A stretch of 56,715 bases of DNA, the filler included, from Jimgerdemannia flammicorona (lineage: Eukaryota): the NCBI GenBank assembly GCA_003990765.1. It is 2 parts of 2 records of this genome, joined end to end, with 100 filler letters (N's around TTAATTAATTAA, not from the genome) between each part and the next. Parts side by side here need not be neighbours in the genome. Positions count along the whole stretch, not along the records: positions 1 to 28,309 come from RBNJ01000570.1; 1 more part is not named here. The stretch is one strand, 5' to 3'. A program made the position numbers and the translations under genes. This document shows, piece by piece, positions 13,171-26,544 of the stretch. The notes under the pieces are model-generated. The model had not been told where the DNA came from. It saw nothing but the letters and a program-made list of their open reading frames with translations, and searched no databases. Position 1 is the stretch's first letter. The number at the start of each line of letters is the position of its first letter.

Positions 13171-13924
13171 TCAATTTTGAGTGGAGACATGTGGTACATT
13201 TTCTTCTTAGGTATAGCTGCATCAGATACCAACTTGATTTCGTGGTCATGGTCTCTTGAGGGTGGTAGGCCAGGTAGTTTGTCCGGAAAGATATCCTTGT
13301 ATTTGTTCAGTAGTAACTTGATGCTTTCACTAATTGATAGCTTCTTGTCCTCTTTCTTTGATCAGATCAGTACTACAAAGGCACAGGTAGCTTTCTTGAG
13401 GGCCTTCTTGAACTGAATTGCTGAAAGGGTAGCAATTGGAGTTCTTGTCTGAGTCTTGTCTGACTTGATAGTAATGTTGGCTCTATCCTGGATCAAGGTG
13501 ACTTCATTCTTGGTCCAATCAATCTGAGAATTGTATCATATAAGCCAAGGTTTGCCTAGGATCAGATCATGGTCTCCTAGTGGTACTACCTCAAAATCTA
13601 AATGTTCCCAGTACTTCTGGATCTTGAGGGGAAGTTTAGCAGCAATTGAGTCAATTGGTAAGGTAGTGCCATCTGCAGTGACAACTCCACCATTCTTGTT
13701 GGCTGGTTTGGTGAGAATCTTGAGCTTGTCGATGAGGTTCTTATTGATAAAGTTCCCAACAGCTCCACTGTCTATGAGAACATCTAGCTCTTGTCCCTTG
13801 ACTAGACCTTTGAAGATGAGCATTGAATTGGGTCAGTTCTTGGCTATATTTGTAACTTTGTCAGTACTGCCAAAGCCTTTCTGATCTCACTTGGTTGATG
13901 ACAACTTGGTGACTTCTTTGATGA

Positions 13925-14275
13925 CTAGTAGGGTGGCTTGCTCCAGAATGAGCTGTGCAATTCTGTCACCTTCATTGACAGTATATGGTTAGTTCTTGTG
14001 GTTGACTAGCAGGACTTGCATTTCACCTCAGAAGTCAGGGTCAATGACTCCAGCACTAACATCCAATGAGTACTTGAAGCTGAGGCCAGATCTTGGTACA
14101 ATTCTTGCATAATGTTCCTTGGGAATTTCGACTGAAAGACCAGTTGGAATAAGCCTTCTTTTATGTGCAGGAATAGTGACTTGTTGTACTGCTTGAAGGT
14201 CCAAACCAATGGCTCCTTCTGACTATGCTTGAGGGATCTGGGTCTTGGAGTTGACTCGTATGAAATTGAGTATGA
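13925..14275 (-). pseudogene. dUTPase domain of B1 (between gag zinc knuckle and protease)
   Basis: GLDL, PRSGLS, AGVIDPDF*GE and GDRIAQLIL motifs. Confidence 0.88.
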
Positions 14276-15370
14276 CTTCTTGTTCAACTGATTGACCCTG
14301 AGTGTCTTTGAACAGGACCAGAATCCTCTTTGGTTCAGCAGTTTTCTTAGGACATTTAGTTGCAATGTGACCAGGCTGATGGCAAAAGAAGCAGGCTCCA
14401 GCCTTCTTGAGATACTCCTTTTCCTTGGGTATAAGCTTGTCTTTCTTGCTCTTGTCGATGGTGTCTAGGTCTATAGGGGCAGGTCCAACAGTTCTGACTT
14501 TGGGTTTCTCCCTTCTGTGGTTATTGTTGTTGAAAGACAGTCTCTTCTGTTCAAAGTGGTGACCATAGGTGATGACATCAAACATATCAGCAATTTTCAT
14601 TGCTGTATCTAGGTTCTTGGGTTCTTCTAGTTCAACATGAACTCCGGTTTGACCTTTCAGGCCTCAGATATACTTATTGACCTTCTCATCTTCAGTGACA
14701 TGTGGTAGTTCAAGCAGGATTGACAGGAATTGTGTATTATATACTTATATGGACTTGAGTTGTTTGATATTTGCCAGACAGTCTCACACAGCCTTAGTGC
14801 TGTTGACTTGTTTGAATTAGCCCTGAATAGCATCAGCAAATTCACCCCAGGTCTTGATTTGGCCAGAGAATCTGATATTCTGGATATGATTTCGCCACCA
14901 GATTGCAATATTCTCTTAGAGGAGTGTGGCGGCAAATTAGACTAGTATTGCTTCTTCCAAATTGGTCAGTTCTCCATATTTCTCCAATTAGAAAAGCCAA
15001 GTGTCAGTAGACAGTCCTTCTCTTTGACCATCAAAGATGTCAGGCTTCTGAGGCTTGATAGTGACTGCTGTCAGATGTATTGATGTCAGTAGAGGTGCAG
15101 AGATATGAGTAGAGGCCTTGCTTTCCTTCCTTTCTATGTGTTCTTAAAGTTGAGCAATCTGAGCTAGTGCAGTCTGCAAAAGACTCTCAATGGCCCCATT
15201 TGACTGAGTAGGGTTTTGCTATTCCTCTTCTTCTTGCTGATTGTATGAGACATTGTCTGGACTATAGGTACTGTATGAAGGGTTCCACCCATTGTCCTCT
15301 ATAGTGTTGTGACTGATATCTTGAGAGGTGTCTTGATAAGGCTAGATATAACTTCACTACTGCTACTAAG

Positions 15371-15774
15371 TATAACAGTTCTAGTTTCTAAATAAGGAAG
15401 CGACTAGTTCTGGTAGTTCTAAGTAGCTCAAAGAGATACTTAAGGACTCAAGTGTTCTTGAAGGATTTCTGGGAGAAAATATTCTGAGACTTTATTCATG
15501 AGAACAATGGGGATATTTATACAAGATCTGAAAGAAGGATCTGGAAGGATCTGAGAAATCAAAGGAAAATGCCAAGAGGAAAGTTTTTAGCAAAGATGAC
15601 AAATGATGACAAATAAAGTTCTACAAGTTTCCAGGACATTCAGTGACTAACTAAATAAGTACTAGAGGATGCTTGGTGCCAAGAAAGGATTTTTAAGTAT
15701 TCGGAAAGTACTGGAAGATTATAGAATATTGAAGAAAGACAAAGAAAGGAAATAAACTATGCTAAAATGTTATA
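15371..15774 (-). repeat. 5' LTR of B1, followed on the minus strand by a tRNA-iMet-like PBS
   Basis: PBS reads TAGTAGCAG here and TGATAGCAG at 55713; consensus TGGTAGCAG. Confidence 0.92.
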
Positions 15775-18700
15775 CCCCAGCTATCACTATTCAAAGTAAG
15801 ACCCAACTCAAGGAGATTGATCAAGACATGGAGTTAGATGAAGCTGCCCACTAAATCATTGAAGGCACTACTCTAGTCTCAGGAGAAAGTGAAAGCAAGA
15901 AGGAACAGAAGCTGTGCAAGATCAAGATCCACCAGTATGATATCTACAAGGATCTCAAGGAACAGAATGTCAATGTTACTTTTGGACAACTAGCCGAAGT
16001 CCCTGCCTTTAGACAGTAGTTGAGAGTAGGACTTACAACTACTATCAAGAATCAAGAGTACAAGATTGTAGAAGCTCACAATATATAGGAAGAATCAGAG
16101 ACTCAGGTGAAGAATCTGAAGACCAGTACAAGACATCAGCCTATACTCCATATCAGATCAAAGACTGTATCTTTGATGCCATCATTGATACTGGTGCTGG
16201 AGGATGCCTCATGAGCAAGAAGGCAATTGACCACTTAGGCTGGGACATTGAAGAGTCTACCAAGATAGTCTATATTACAGCAGATGGTACACAAACTACC
16301 CTTTTTAGCAAAATTCGAGAAGTCCCCATCAAGATAGGAGGAGCTACTATCCCAGTAGATGTGATTGTTATAAGTGCCACCAACTATGACATCCTCATTG
16401 GCAACAAATGGCTTCACAAGGCCAAGGCCATCATTGACCTCAATGCTCAGAAGATACAGATCAACTATAGAGGAAAAAAGGTACAAGTCTCTATCAATGT
16501 CCACAAAGGAGTTCTACTAGACATAGAGAAAGGAGATGAAGAAGACACAGAGGTCTTCATGCACTTGGTGAACAAGAACAAGAACAAGACATCCAAGCTC
16601 ACAGATGAGTAGTGGTACAACAAGATCATCAATGGCTATGTGGAAGATGCCCCCATGGTACTAAGATGTACTGCTCTGAACACCTGAATAACTGCTGGTC
16701 TCCTGTATCAGTGAAGTCAGAAAAATCTGCCAACAGAAATATGAGCAAGAAGCTGCCGAAGCAAAAAGGAAAGCTGAAGAAGATGACCAGCCCCCAAAGC
16801 TTCAGGCTGACAGTGATGATGAGGAGAAATAAGAATTAGACATTACCCTTAAGGTCAAGAAGTTTCACTCCAAAGCCAAGATCCCAGAATATAAGACTGA
16901 AAGAGTCATAGGAATAGACCTTACCAGCATTTAAGATGCTACCCTCAAACCACAGACCACCACCCTACTTGGTACTGGAATTGGAGTCAAGTTATCAGAG
17001 AACTATGCTGGAATTATCAAGACCAAGAGCAGTCTGGCCAAAAGCAAAATCTCAGTTGAAGGAGGAGTAATTGACCCTGATTATACTGGTGAGATCTTCC
17101 TCATAGTCAGGAATTACAACCACACCACCCCCTTTGAAGTCAAGAAGCATGACAGGATTGGCCAGATACTGATCCACAAAGTCAAGAAGCCCAAGATCAT
17201 AGAAGCCATTAAACTCATCAAGACCAAGAGAGGAGAACAAGGCTTTGAATCTACTGGAAGAGGAGCCTATACCACCACTAAGATTACCGAACTTGAGTAT
17301 AAGAAAGACAAGGACCAGAACAAGCACACATATACTATTAGAGAAAACTTTCCCCTGGAAGAACAACTTCTCAAGATCCTATATCAGAATGAAGGAGTAC
17401 TTGCTACAGACTTCAGGGATATCCACAATCAAGAACCCAAGTACTACCATGAAGTTGAGACCAGTGATACCAAGCCCATCTACCAGAAAGCCAGACTCAT
17501 ACCACCTGCCTACAGAGAATGACTGTAAGCAGAACTCAAGGAAATGGAAGAAGCCGGAATCATCAAGCAAGCTATCAGTCCCTGGGCTTCACCCATTATC
17601 CTTGCTCTAAAGAAAGAAAGCAAGTCTGGAGAGTTTGCACCAAGACTCTGCATTGACTACAGGAAGCTCAATGCCATCACCAAGAAGGATAGGCAGCTCT
17701 TGCCAAATATTCAAGAAATCCTTATCACCCTTGGAAGTAAAGCCAAATACTACACCACCTTGGATCTATTCTCAGGCTTCCATCAGATCAGTCTCACTCA
17801 AGATACCAGTGAGAAATCAGCCTTCATCACACCTGATGCCACCTATATCTATCTGCGAATGCCATTTGGAATATACAATGCCCCAGCAAGTTTCTAGTGA
17901 ATAATGAACATAGTCTTCAGCAATGAGATTGGAAAATGGCTCTTTGTCTATATTGATGATGTGATCATCTTTAGTAATACTGCATGGGAACATATCAAGT
18001 ACATACAGCTAGCCCTCAAGAAGCTCAAGGAGCATGGTCTCTACATCAAGCCTAAGAAATGCAAGTTTGTAGCCCAGGAAATCACCTACCTAGGACACCT
18101 TATCAACCAGACTGGAATCCATATAGACCCTATGAATATTGAGGCTGTTGCAGCCTACCCAAGACCCAGAACAACTATAGAAGTCCATGCCTTCCTTGGA
18201 CTGGCCAGCTACTACAGAAGATTCATCAAAGGATACTCCAATATTGCAACACCTATCTATAAGCTACTGAAGAAAGAAACCAAATTTGAATAGACCAAGG
18301 AGCACTAAGAAACCTTCAATGAACTCAAGATCAGGTTGACTCAAGCACCTATCCTCAGAAGACCAGATTGGAATCTAGAATTTATCCTGCAGACAGATGC
18401 AAGTACTATAGGACTTGGAGCAGTAGTCTGGGCAGTAGATAAGTTCCACTACTACCTAGCTGGGAAATACTTCACTATTCAAACAGACCACTTCACTCTT
18501 ACCTGGCTATTCTACACTCTGAAAAGAAATATATGCCAAATGGATTTATAGACTGCAAGAGTATGACTATACTGTCAAGCACCACTCAGGAAAGACCAAC
18601 ACCAATGCCAATGCACTCTCAAGGATGTCCCAAAACACCCCCATCAAGACTATTCAACATGAATAAGGAGCTATACTATGGATTAATCAGCTACCTTGGG

Positions 18701-19628
18701 CAGTGGAAGATGCCCAACCACCTCAAATCCTGGACAACTACTATCATCAACCGGACTTAGAAACAGTTTGAACTAGACAATACTATACTCAGAAAAGGAG
18801 GAAAGTTAGTAATACCTGAACATAAGAAGTATCAAGTAATAAAGGAAGTACATGAGCAAGGATACTTAGGAGGAACCAATATATATAACAAAGCAAGAAG
18901 AACTATATGGTGGCCTAAGATGGAAGAAGACCTGTACCAATTTGTCAAAGGGTGTGACAAGTGCCAAAAATAGAAATAAGATCAGTAAGATCAGGCACCT
19001 GGGTCATCAAGAATTGAGTCTATCCCCTTCCACCACATCACAATAGATATCATTGGGCCAATACCAGTAACACTATCAGGAAACTGCTATATTATAGTTA
19101 TTATAGATCTCTTCACCAAATGGATAGAAGCAAGAACATTACAAGAAGCCAATGCTCTCTCTATAGCTGACTTCCTATACTGAAAAATCATCTGCTACTA
19201 CAAGACACTGAAGCAAATCACAACAGACTGCAGTATGGAATTTGTCAATGGATTCCATGAGATAATATATCAGAAATACAAGATCCAGCACATCAAGACC
19301 ACTATGTACCACCCTTAAGAAAATGGACAGATGGAGAGAACCAACAAGACCCTCAAGAACATCCTAGTAAAGATCTCAGAAATATATGAGAATTGGGATA
19401 ACTATCTCCCAACTGCCCTCTCTGTTCTACAAGATATATGGTCACAGAGTACACGCTTTACCCTAAGGGAACTGCTCTTTGGAGAAGAAGATTCTGATGG
19501 AACCTCAGCTACAAATCTAGACCTAACTTAGAGATAAATTGATGCAGAAATCCAGAGACTACACCAAATCAGGAAGAAGGCTGAAGATTACATCACCAAG
19601 TCACAAGTGCTGATAAGGAAGAATGTGG

Positions 19629-20845
19629 GTTCTAGGGTCGGTACTGATGGTTGTATAGGTTCAGGATACTGGTATAATTTAGTGTTATATCAAATACTAA
19701 TGCTGACATTATTCAGTATTACATCAAATACTGGTGCTAGCATTATTCAGTATAACCAAGAGACTTAAAGCAGAATGTTCAGGACTATAGGGGCTTTATC
19801 ATCAGAGGTCAGGATGTCTTCAAAAGAGATGAGGTCTGTGAATTCATTGTCATTATGTAGGTTACATATTTTGTATATTTCATGCATATTGTACATCTCA
19901 CATATATCACACAATATGACATCATCACCAATGACATCATCATATTCAGTAGTGAGAAAGAGGTCTGGGGCTCTCTAGTCTATGAGGTTCTCTTCTACAA
20001 AATAGGGAACAAATGTAGGATCTTGGGGAGGTCTAACCTGGATACTTGGGCCTTGGAATACTGAGATCAATCCTTGCAGGAATTGGTCTGAGTTGTCCTG
20101 AAGGATGGAATACCAGAAGTTTCTACTTTATCACTATTGAGGGTGATGGTGGACTGAGCTTCTATAGCCACCCTGATTTCTAGTACATTGATACAGCAGG
20201 ATGACAGGTCTCTGAAGTCTGAGACTCTAATATACTCCAAGTTGGGAATTGACCATAGTGTATGCCTGAAGATCTGATGGATCTTCTTAGCTATCCTCAC
20301 CTTACATATATCTATGGGAGTGGTATCTTATAGCTCTTGAGGGCTGGCCTGTGGGAATTCCTAGTAGAGAAGGTTTTCTATTTCATACTCCTGCTACATT
20401 TGGAGGTATTCAGTAGCAATCATGATCCTTGTTTCCATTTCACAGTGGTAGAGGATATAATGATAAGGGTCACCAGTACTCAGATTAATACTAGAAGTCC
20501 TTCTTGAGCAGGTCCTTATGGCTCTTCTGATGTCTTGAAATATCCTTTCTTCAACTAAGATGTCTTGATAGTTCCTTGACCTTGAGGTTTGGTAAGTGAC
20601 AGATATATTTGTAGTAAGTCTTTGAGCTATTTGGGGATTGATGGGTCTTGTTGGTTGCTGCTACTACAGTTTCTTGATTCTTCTTTTATATTCCTTAAGA
20701 TATCTGAACTGTGGTCGCAATAACTCACAGTTGGTCATCATTGCTCATCTTATATATCATATGATCTTCTTGTGCTCTGATCTGGTAGCTTGTAAGGAAA
20801 GGCTGTCTCCTGTACTGATGTCATCATTCTGGGGTCACTGTTATA
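19629..20845 (-). repeat. Truncated 3' LTR of A3
   Basis: Reverse complement of about 157-1375; last ~300 bp missing. Confidence 0.88.
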
Positions 20846-23800
20846 TCTTCCTCCTGAATAAGGATCTTCTTGAGCATCCTTATTCATTGGTCCAGTCCTG
20901 AAAAATTTGCTGATCCCATAACCTCTGGCAAGGGATCAAAAAGTGGTATTTATAGGCTGGTGTCTTCTCTATATATTTTGGCATAATGGTGAAGGGTCAC
21001 TTTCTTCATATAGAGTAAGGGCCTGATTCTAATCTTGACTAATCAGTTGATGGTTCAAACTTCTCTAGCTTCAAAAGTCTCATGAATAAGTAGTTACTAG
21101 TGCTGTATCTCTTAGAGAATAGTCCAGACAGATAGTCTGCTGGTCACAAGATATGCTGTTATGATTTGCAGACTAGAACCTCATAAGCAGTCATCACGTT
21201 TTACTTCTCTTATATAGGTTTGTGGTACTTTTTGAGTCTGTTCCTATGTACTGTAGTAAGTAGTATAGTCTCTGAGATTTTACTAAGCTAGAAGGTAGTT
21301 CTCTTAATATCTTGTATATAGAAGGGTTCTTCCTATTTGGGCTCCAGTTTTCGTGACCATAAGACTTCTACCATATTTCGATACAGTAGGACCTTTTCTC
21401 TGATTCAGATGGATTCTAGAGTCTTGTAATTCTTTTCTGCATTCTTCTTTATCAGTACTTGTGACTTGATAATGTAATCTTCAGCCTTATTCCTGATTTG
21501 GTGTAGTTTCTGGATTTCTGCATCAACCCATCTCCAAGTTAGGTCTAGATTTGTAGTTGAGGTTTCATCAGAATCTTCTTCTCTAAAGAGCAGTTCTCTT
21601 GGAGTAAAGTATGTGCTCTGTGATCATATATCTCATAGGACAGAGAGGGCAGTTGGGAGATAATTATCCCAATTCTCATATATCTCTAAGATCTTCACTA
21701 GGATATTCTTGAGGGTCTTATTAGTTCTCTCTGTCTGTCCATTTCCTTGAAGGTGGTATGCAGTGGTCTTGATATACTGGATCTTATATTTCTGATACAT
21801 TATCTCATAGAATCCATTGACAAATTCTGTACTGTAGTCTGTTGTGATTTGCTTTGGTATCTTATAGTGACAGATGATTTCTCAGTACAGGAAGTTAGCT
21901 ATAGAGAGGGCATTGGCTTCTTGTAATGCTCCTGCCTCTATCCATTTAGTGAAGAGATCTATAATAACTATAATATAGTGGTTTCCTGATAGTGTTACTA
22001 GTAGTGACCTAATAATATCCATTGTGATGTGATGAAAGGGGATAGGCTCAATTCTTGATGACCCAGATACCTGGTCTTATGGATCTTGTTTCTGTTTTTG
22101 GCACTTGTTACATCCTTTGACAAATTGGTGTAGGTCTTCTTCTATCTTGGGCTACTATATGGTTTTTTTTGCCTTGTCATATGTGTTGGTTCCTAGGTAT
22201 CCTTGCTCATATACTTCCTTCATTACTTGATACTTCTTATGTTTGAGTATTACTAGCTTTCCTCCTTTTCTGAGTGTAGTGTTGTCTAGTTCAAACTGTT
22301 TTTAAGTCCAGTTAATGATAGTGATTATCTAGAGTTCAAGGTGGTTGGGTATCTTCCACTGCTCAAGATAGCTGATTAATCCATAGTATAGCTTCTTATT
22401 TATATTGAATAGTCTTAATGGGGGTGTTTTGGGGTATTCTTGAGAGTGCATCAGCATTGGTATTGGTTCTTTCTGTAGTGCTTAACAGTATAGTCATACT
22501 CTTGTAGCCTGTAGATCTATCTGGCATATATTTCTTTGGGGTTCAGAGTGTGAAATAGCCAGGCAAGAGCAGAATGGTCTGTTTGAATAGTGAAGTGTTT
22601 CCTGGCTAGGTAGTAGTAGAACTTGTCTACTGTCCAAACTACTGCTAAGTATTCGAGCTTATATGACTTGTAGTTCTGTTCTACTCTGCAAATACCTCAG
22701 CTTGTATAGGAGATGACATATTCATATCTATCTTTCTTCTGAGCTAGGACTGCTCCAAGTCCTATAGTACTTGCATCTGTCTGCAGGATAAATTCTAGAT
22801 TCCAATCTGGTCTTCTGAGAATAGGTGCTTAGATCAACCTAGTCTTGAGTTCATTGAAGGTTTCTTGACACTTTTTGATCCATTCAAATTTGGTTTCCTT
22901 CTTCAGTAGCTTGTAAATAGGTGCTGCAATATTAGAATATTCTTTGATGAATCTTTTGTAGTAGCTGGTCAGTCCAAGGAAGGCATAGACTTCTGTGATT
23001 GTTCTGGGTCTTAGGTAGGCTACAATAGCCTCAATCTTCATGAAGTCTGTATAGATTCTAGTTTGGTTGATGAGGTATCCTAGATAGGCAATTTCTTGAG
23101 CTGCAAACTTACATTTCTTAGGCTTGATGTAAAGGCCATGCTCTTTGAGCTTCTTGAGGGCTAGCTATATATGATTGACATGTTCCCATATAGTGTTGCT
23201 GAAGATGATCACATTATCAACATAGACAAAGAGCTATTTTCCAATCTCATTGCTGAAGACTCTGTTCATTATTTACTGAAAACTTACTAGGGCATTGCAT
23301 ATTTCAAATGGCATTCACAGATAGATATAGATGGCATCAGGTGTGATGAAGGCTGATTTCTCACTGGCATCTTGAGTGAGACCGATCTGATGGAAGCCTG
23401 AGAACAGATCTAAGGTGGTATAGTATTTGGCTTCACTTCCAAGGGTGGTAAGGATTTCTTAAATATTTGGCAAGGGCTGTCTATCCTTCTTAGTGATGGC
23501 ATTGAGCTTTCTGTAGTCAATGCAGAGTCTTAGTGCAAACTCTCCAGGCTTGCTTTCTTTCTTTGGGGCAAGGACAATGGGTGAAGCCCAGAGACTGATA
23601 GCTTGCTTAATGATTCTGGCTTCTTTTATTTCCTTGAGTTCTGTTCATAGCCATTCTCTGTAGGCAGGTGGAATGGGTCTGGCTTTCTGGTAGATGGGCT
23701 TGGTATCACTAGTATCAACTTCATGGTAGTATTTGGGTTCTTAATTGTGAATATCTCTGAAGTCTATAGCAAGTACTTCTTCATTCTGATGCAGGATCTT

Positions 23801-26544
23801 GAGAAGTTGTTCTTTCAGGGGAAAGTTTTCTCTAATAGTATATATGTGCTTGTTCTGATCCTTATCTCTCTTATGTTTGAGTTTGATAATCTTGATGGTA
23901 GTATAGACTCCTCTTCCAGTAGATCCAAAGCCTTGTTCTCCTCTCTTGGTCTTGATGAGTTTGATGGCTTCAGTGATCTTGAGTTTCTTGATTTTGTAGA
24001 TCAGTATCTGGCCAATCCTGTCATACTTCTTAACTTTAAATAGGGTGGTGGGGTTGTGATTCCGGACTATGAGGAAGATCTCACCAGTATAATCAGGATC
24101 AATTACTCCTCCTTCAACTGAGATTTCACTTTTGGTCAGACTGCTCCTAGTCTTGATAATTCTGGTATAGTTCTCTGGCAACCTAACTCTAGTTCCAGTA
24201 CCAAGTAGGGTAGTGGTCTGTGGTTCAAGGGTAGCATTTTGAATGCTAGCAAGGTCTATTCCTATGGCTCCTTCAGTCTTATATTCTGGGATCTTGGCTT
24301 TGGGGTGAAACTTCTTGACCTTGAGGGTGATGTCTGATTCTTGTTCCTCCTCATTATCACTGTTAGCCTGAAGCTCAGGGGGCTGGTCATCTTCTTTGGC
24401 TTTCTTTTTTGCTTTAGCGGCTTCTTGCTCATGTTTCTGTTGGTGGATTTTCCTAACTTCACTGATACAGAACCAGCAGTCATTCAGGTGTTCAGAGCAG
24501 TACATTCTAGTACCATGGGAGTATCTTCCTTGAGGGGCATAGCCATCAATGATTTTGTTATACCACTGCTCATCTGTGAGTTTAGATGTCTTGTTCTTGT
24601 TCTTGTTCTTATTCACTGAGTGCATAAAGACCTCTGTATCCTCTTCATCTCCTTCCTCCATGTCTGGTAGAACTCCTTTATAGATATTGATAGAGACTTA
24701 TACCTTTTTTCCTCTATAGTTAATCTGCATCTTCTGGGCATTAAGGTCAATGATGGCCTTGGCCTTATGAAGCCATTGGTTGCCAATAAGGATGTCATAG
24801 TTGGTGGCACTTATAACAATTATATCTACTGAGATGGTAGCTCCTCCTATCTTGATGGGGACTTCTTGGATTTTTCCAAGAGGGGTAGCTTGTGTACCAT
24901 CTACTGTGACATAGACCATCTTGGTGGACTCTTCAATATCCCAACTTAGGCAGTCAATTGTCTTCTTGCTCATGAGGTATTCTTCAGCACTGGTATCAAT
25001 GATGATATCAAAGATATAGTCGTCGATCTGATATAGAGTATAGGCTGATATCTTGTACTGGTCTTTGGATTCTTCACCTGAGTTTTTAGATTCTTCTTGT
25101 ATATTGTGAGCTTCTACAATCTTATATTCTTGATTCTTAATAGTAATTGCAAGTTCTACTCTCAACTACTGTCTGAAGGCAGAGACTTCAGCTAGCTGTC
25201 CAAAAGTAGCATTGACCTTCTATTTCTTAAGGTCCTTGTAGATATCATACTGGTGGATCTTAGTCTTATACAGCTTCTGTTCCTTCTTACTTTCACTTTC
25301 TTCTGAGACTAGAGTAGTGCTTTCAATAATTTGGTGGGCAGCTTTATCTAACTCCATGTCTTGATCAATCTCCTCAGGTTGAGTCTTACTTTGAATAGTG
25401 ATAGCTGGGGTCTTCTTTGGTCTTCCAACTGGCTTGCTGTTACTCTTCTTATCATAAGGCTTAGATTGGGTTCTGGTATCTTTAGTAGCAAGGTAGAATT
25501 CAAGCTCCTTATAGTATTCTTCATCATCAGTATTGCCAATCTCCTTGATGACTACTGCATTAGTTTGTTCTTTATTTCTGCTAGCATTACTTGATTGGAC
25601 TTTGTGTCTTGTTTTGGTCATACAATTCTTTGTATAGTGACCTTCTTCTCAACATCTGAAGTATGTGATATTACATTCTTTTATAGCAGTTGCAAATCTC
25701 TGCACTAGTCTCCTGTTGGTACTTCAGACTTCTCTAACAACATTACTAAGGTGTGTAGTCATCTTAGTGAACTATTTGGCAAGTTCTTCTACTGGATCAG
25801 CTTTGGCTGCCTTGGGGGTAGATGGGATTAGTTGTCTGTTTACAACTATAGTAGGTATAATACTAGTTGGCTTTAATGGCTCCATCTTAATGCCAGTTAT
25901 TTTCTTCATTGAGTGTTTGGCAGAGTGTCTAGCAGTCTAATATCTCTGTGCAAAGACCACTTTCTGATCAAGGGTTAGTGCAGCTGGGGTAGACCAAATT
26001 GCTAAGGCAATTTCAAGGTGAACTCCTTTGAGAAAGGTTGAATCCACTATTTGTTCCTTGAGAGTATCATCATAGCTAGCCAAGACAATCTGGTGGCAGA
26101 TTTGGATATAAAATGAGTTAGGATCTTCACTAAGTCTCTGGTAGATAGTATTGAGTTGATTCTTGAGAGCTTGCTTGATCTCTTCAGTATAGTATATTGC
26201 TCTGAGAAAGACCTTCATATTGGCAAGTTTGGCTGCACTATTATCAGCAATAGTGGCTATATTGAACTTATCTCTGATAGATCCTCTGAGGCTGACTGGT
26301 AGAAGAGCCAATTGTGCATCCATACTAAGGGCTTGTATGGTGGTAAATTGTTCAAAGTCTTTAAAAAAGGTCAGGATTGATTCTTCAGTAGTATATCTAT
26401 AGAATATGGAGAGATACATTTCCATCTTATCTTGAATTCTTGCAGGGGTGACTCTTATAGTCAGGGTAGTTATTGTGGAGTTGTTCATTTTTCAGCTTGA
26501 AAGTGAGAGATTTATCTTGAATCACCAGCCAATAGGCACTAAGT

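Larger units (their letters stand above)
8512..15774 (-). mobile_element. Chromovirus-type Ty3/Gypsy element B1 (gag-dUTPase-PR-RT-RH-IN-chromodomain), inactive
   Basis: 404-bp LTRs; 5-bp TSD CTCCA/CCCCA (8507-8511, 15775-15779); PPT at 8916-8927; CFFCHQPGHIATKC knuckle, LIDSGA, YIDD, GPF module. Confidence 0.95.
7384..19626 (+). mobile_element. Ty3/Gypsy copy A2 internal region (gag interrupted by element B; PR-dUTPase-RT-RH-IN; 3' truncated)
   Basis: gag 7440-8511 resumes at 15775; RT YIDD ~17950, RH LQTDAS ~18390, integrase motifs 18840-19450. Confidence 0.9.
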
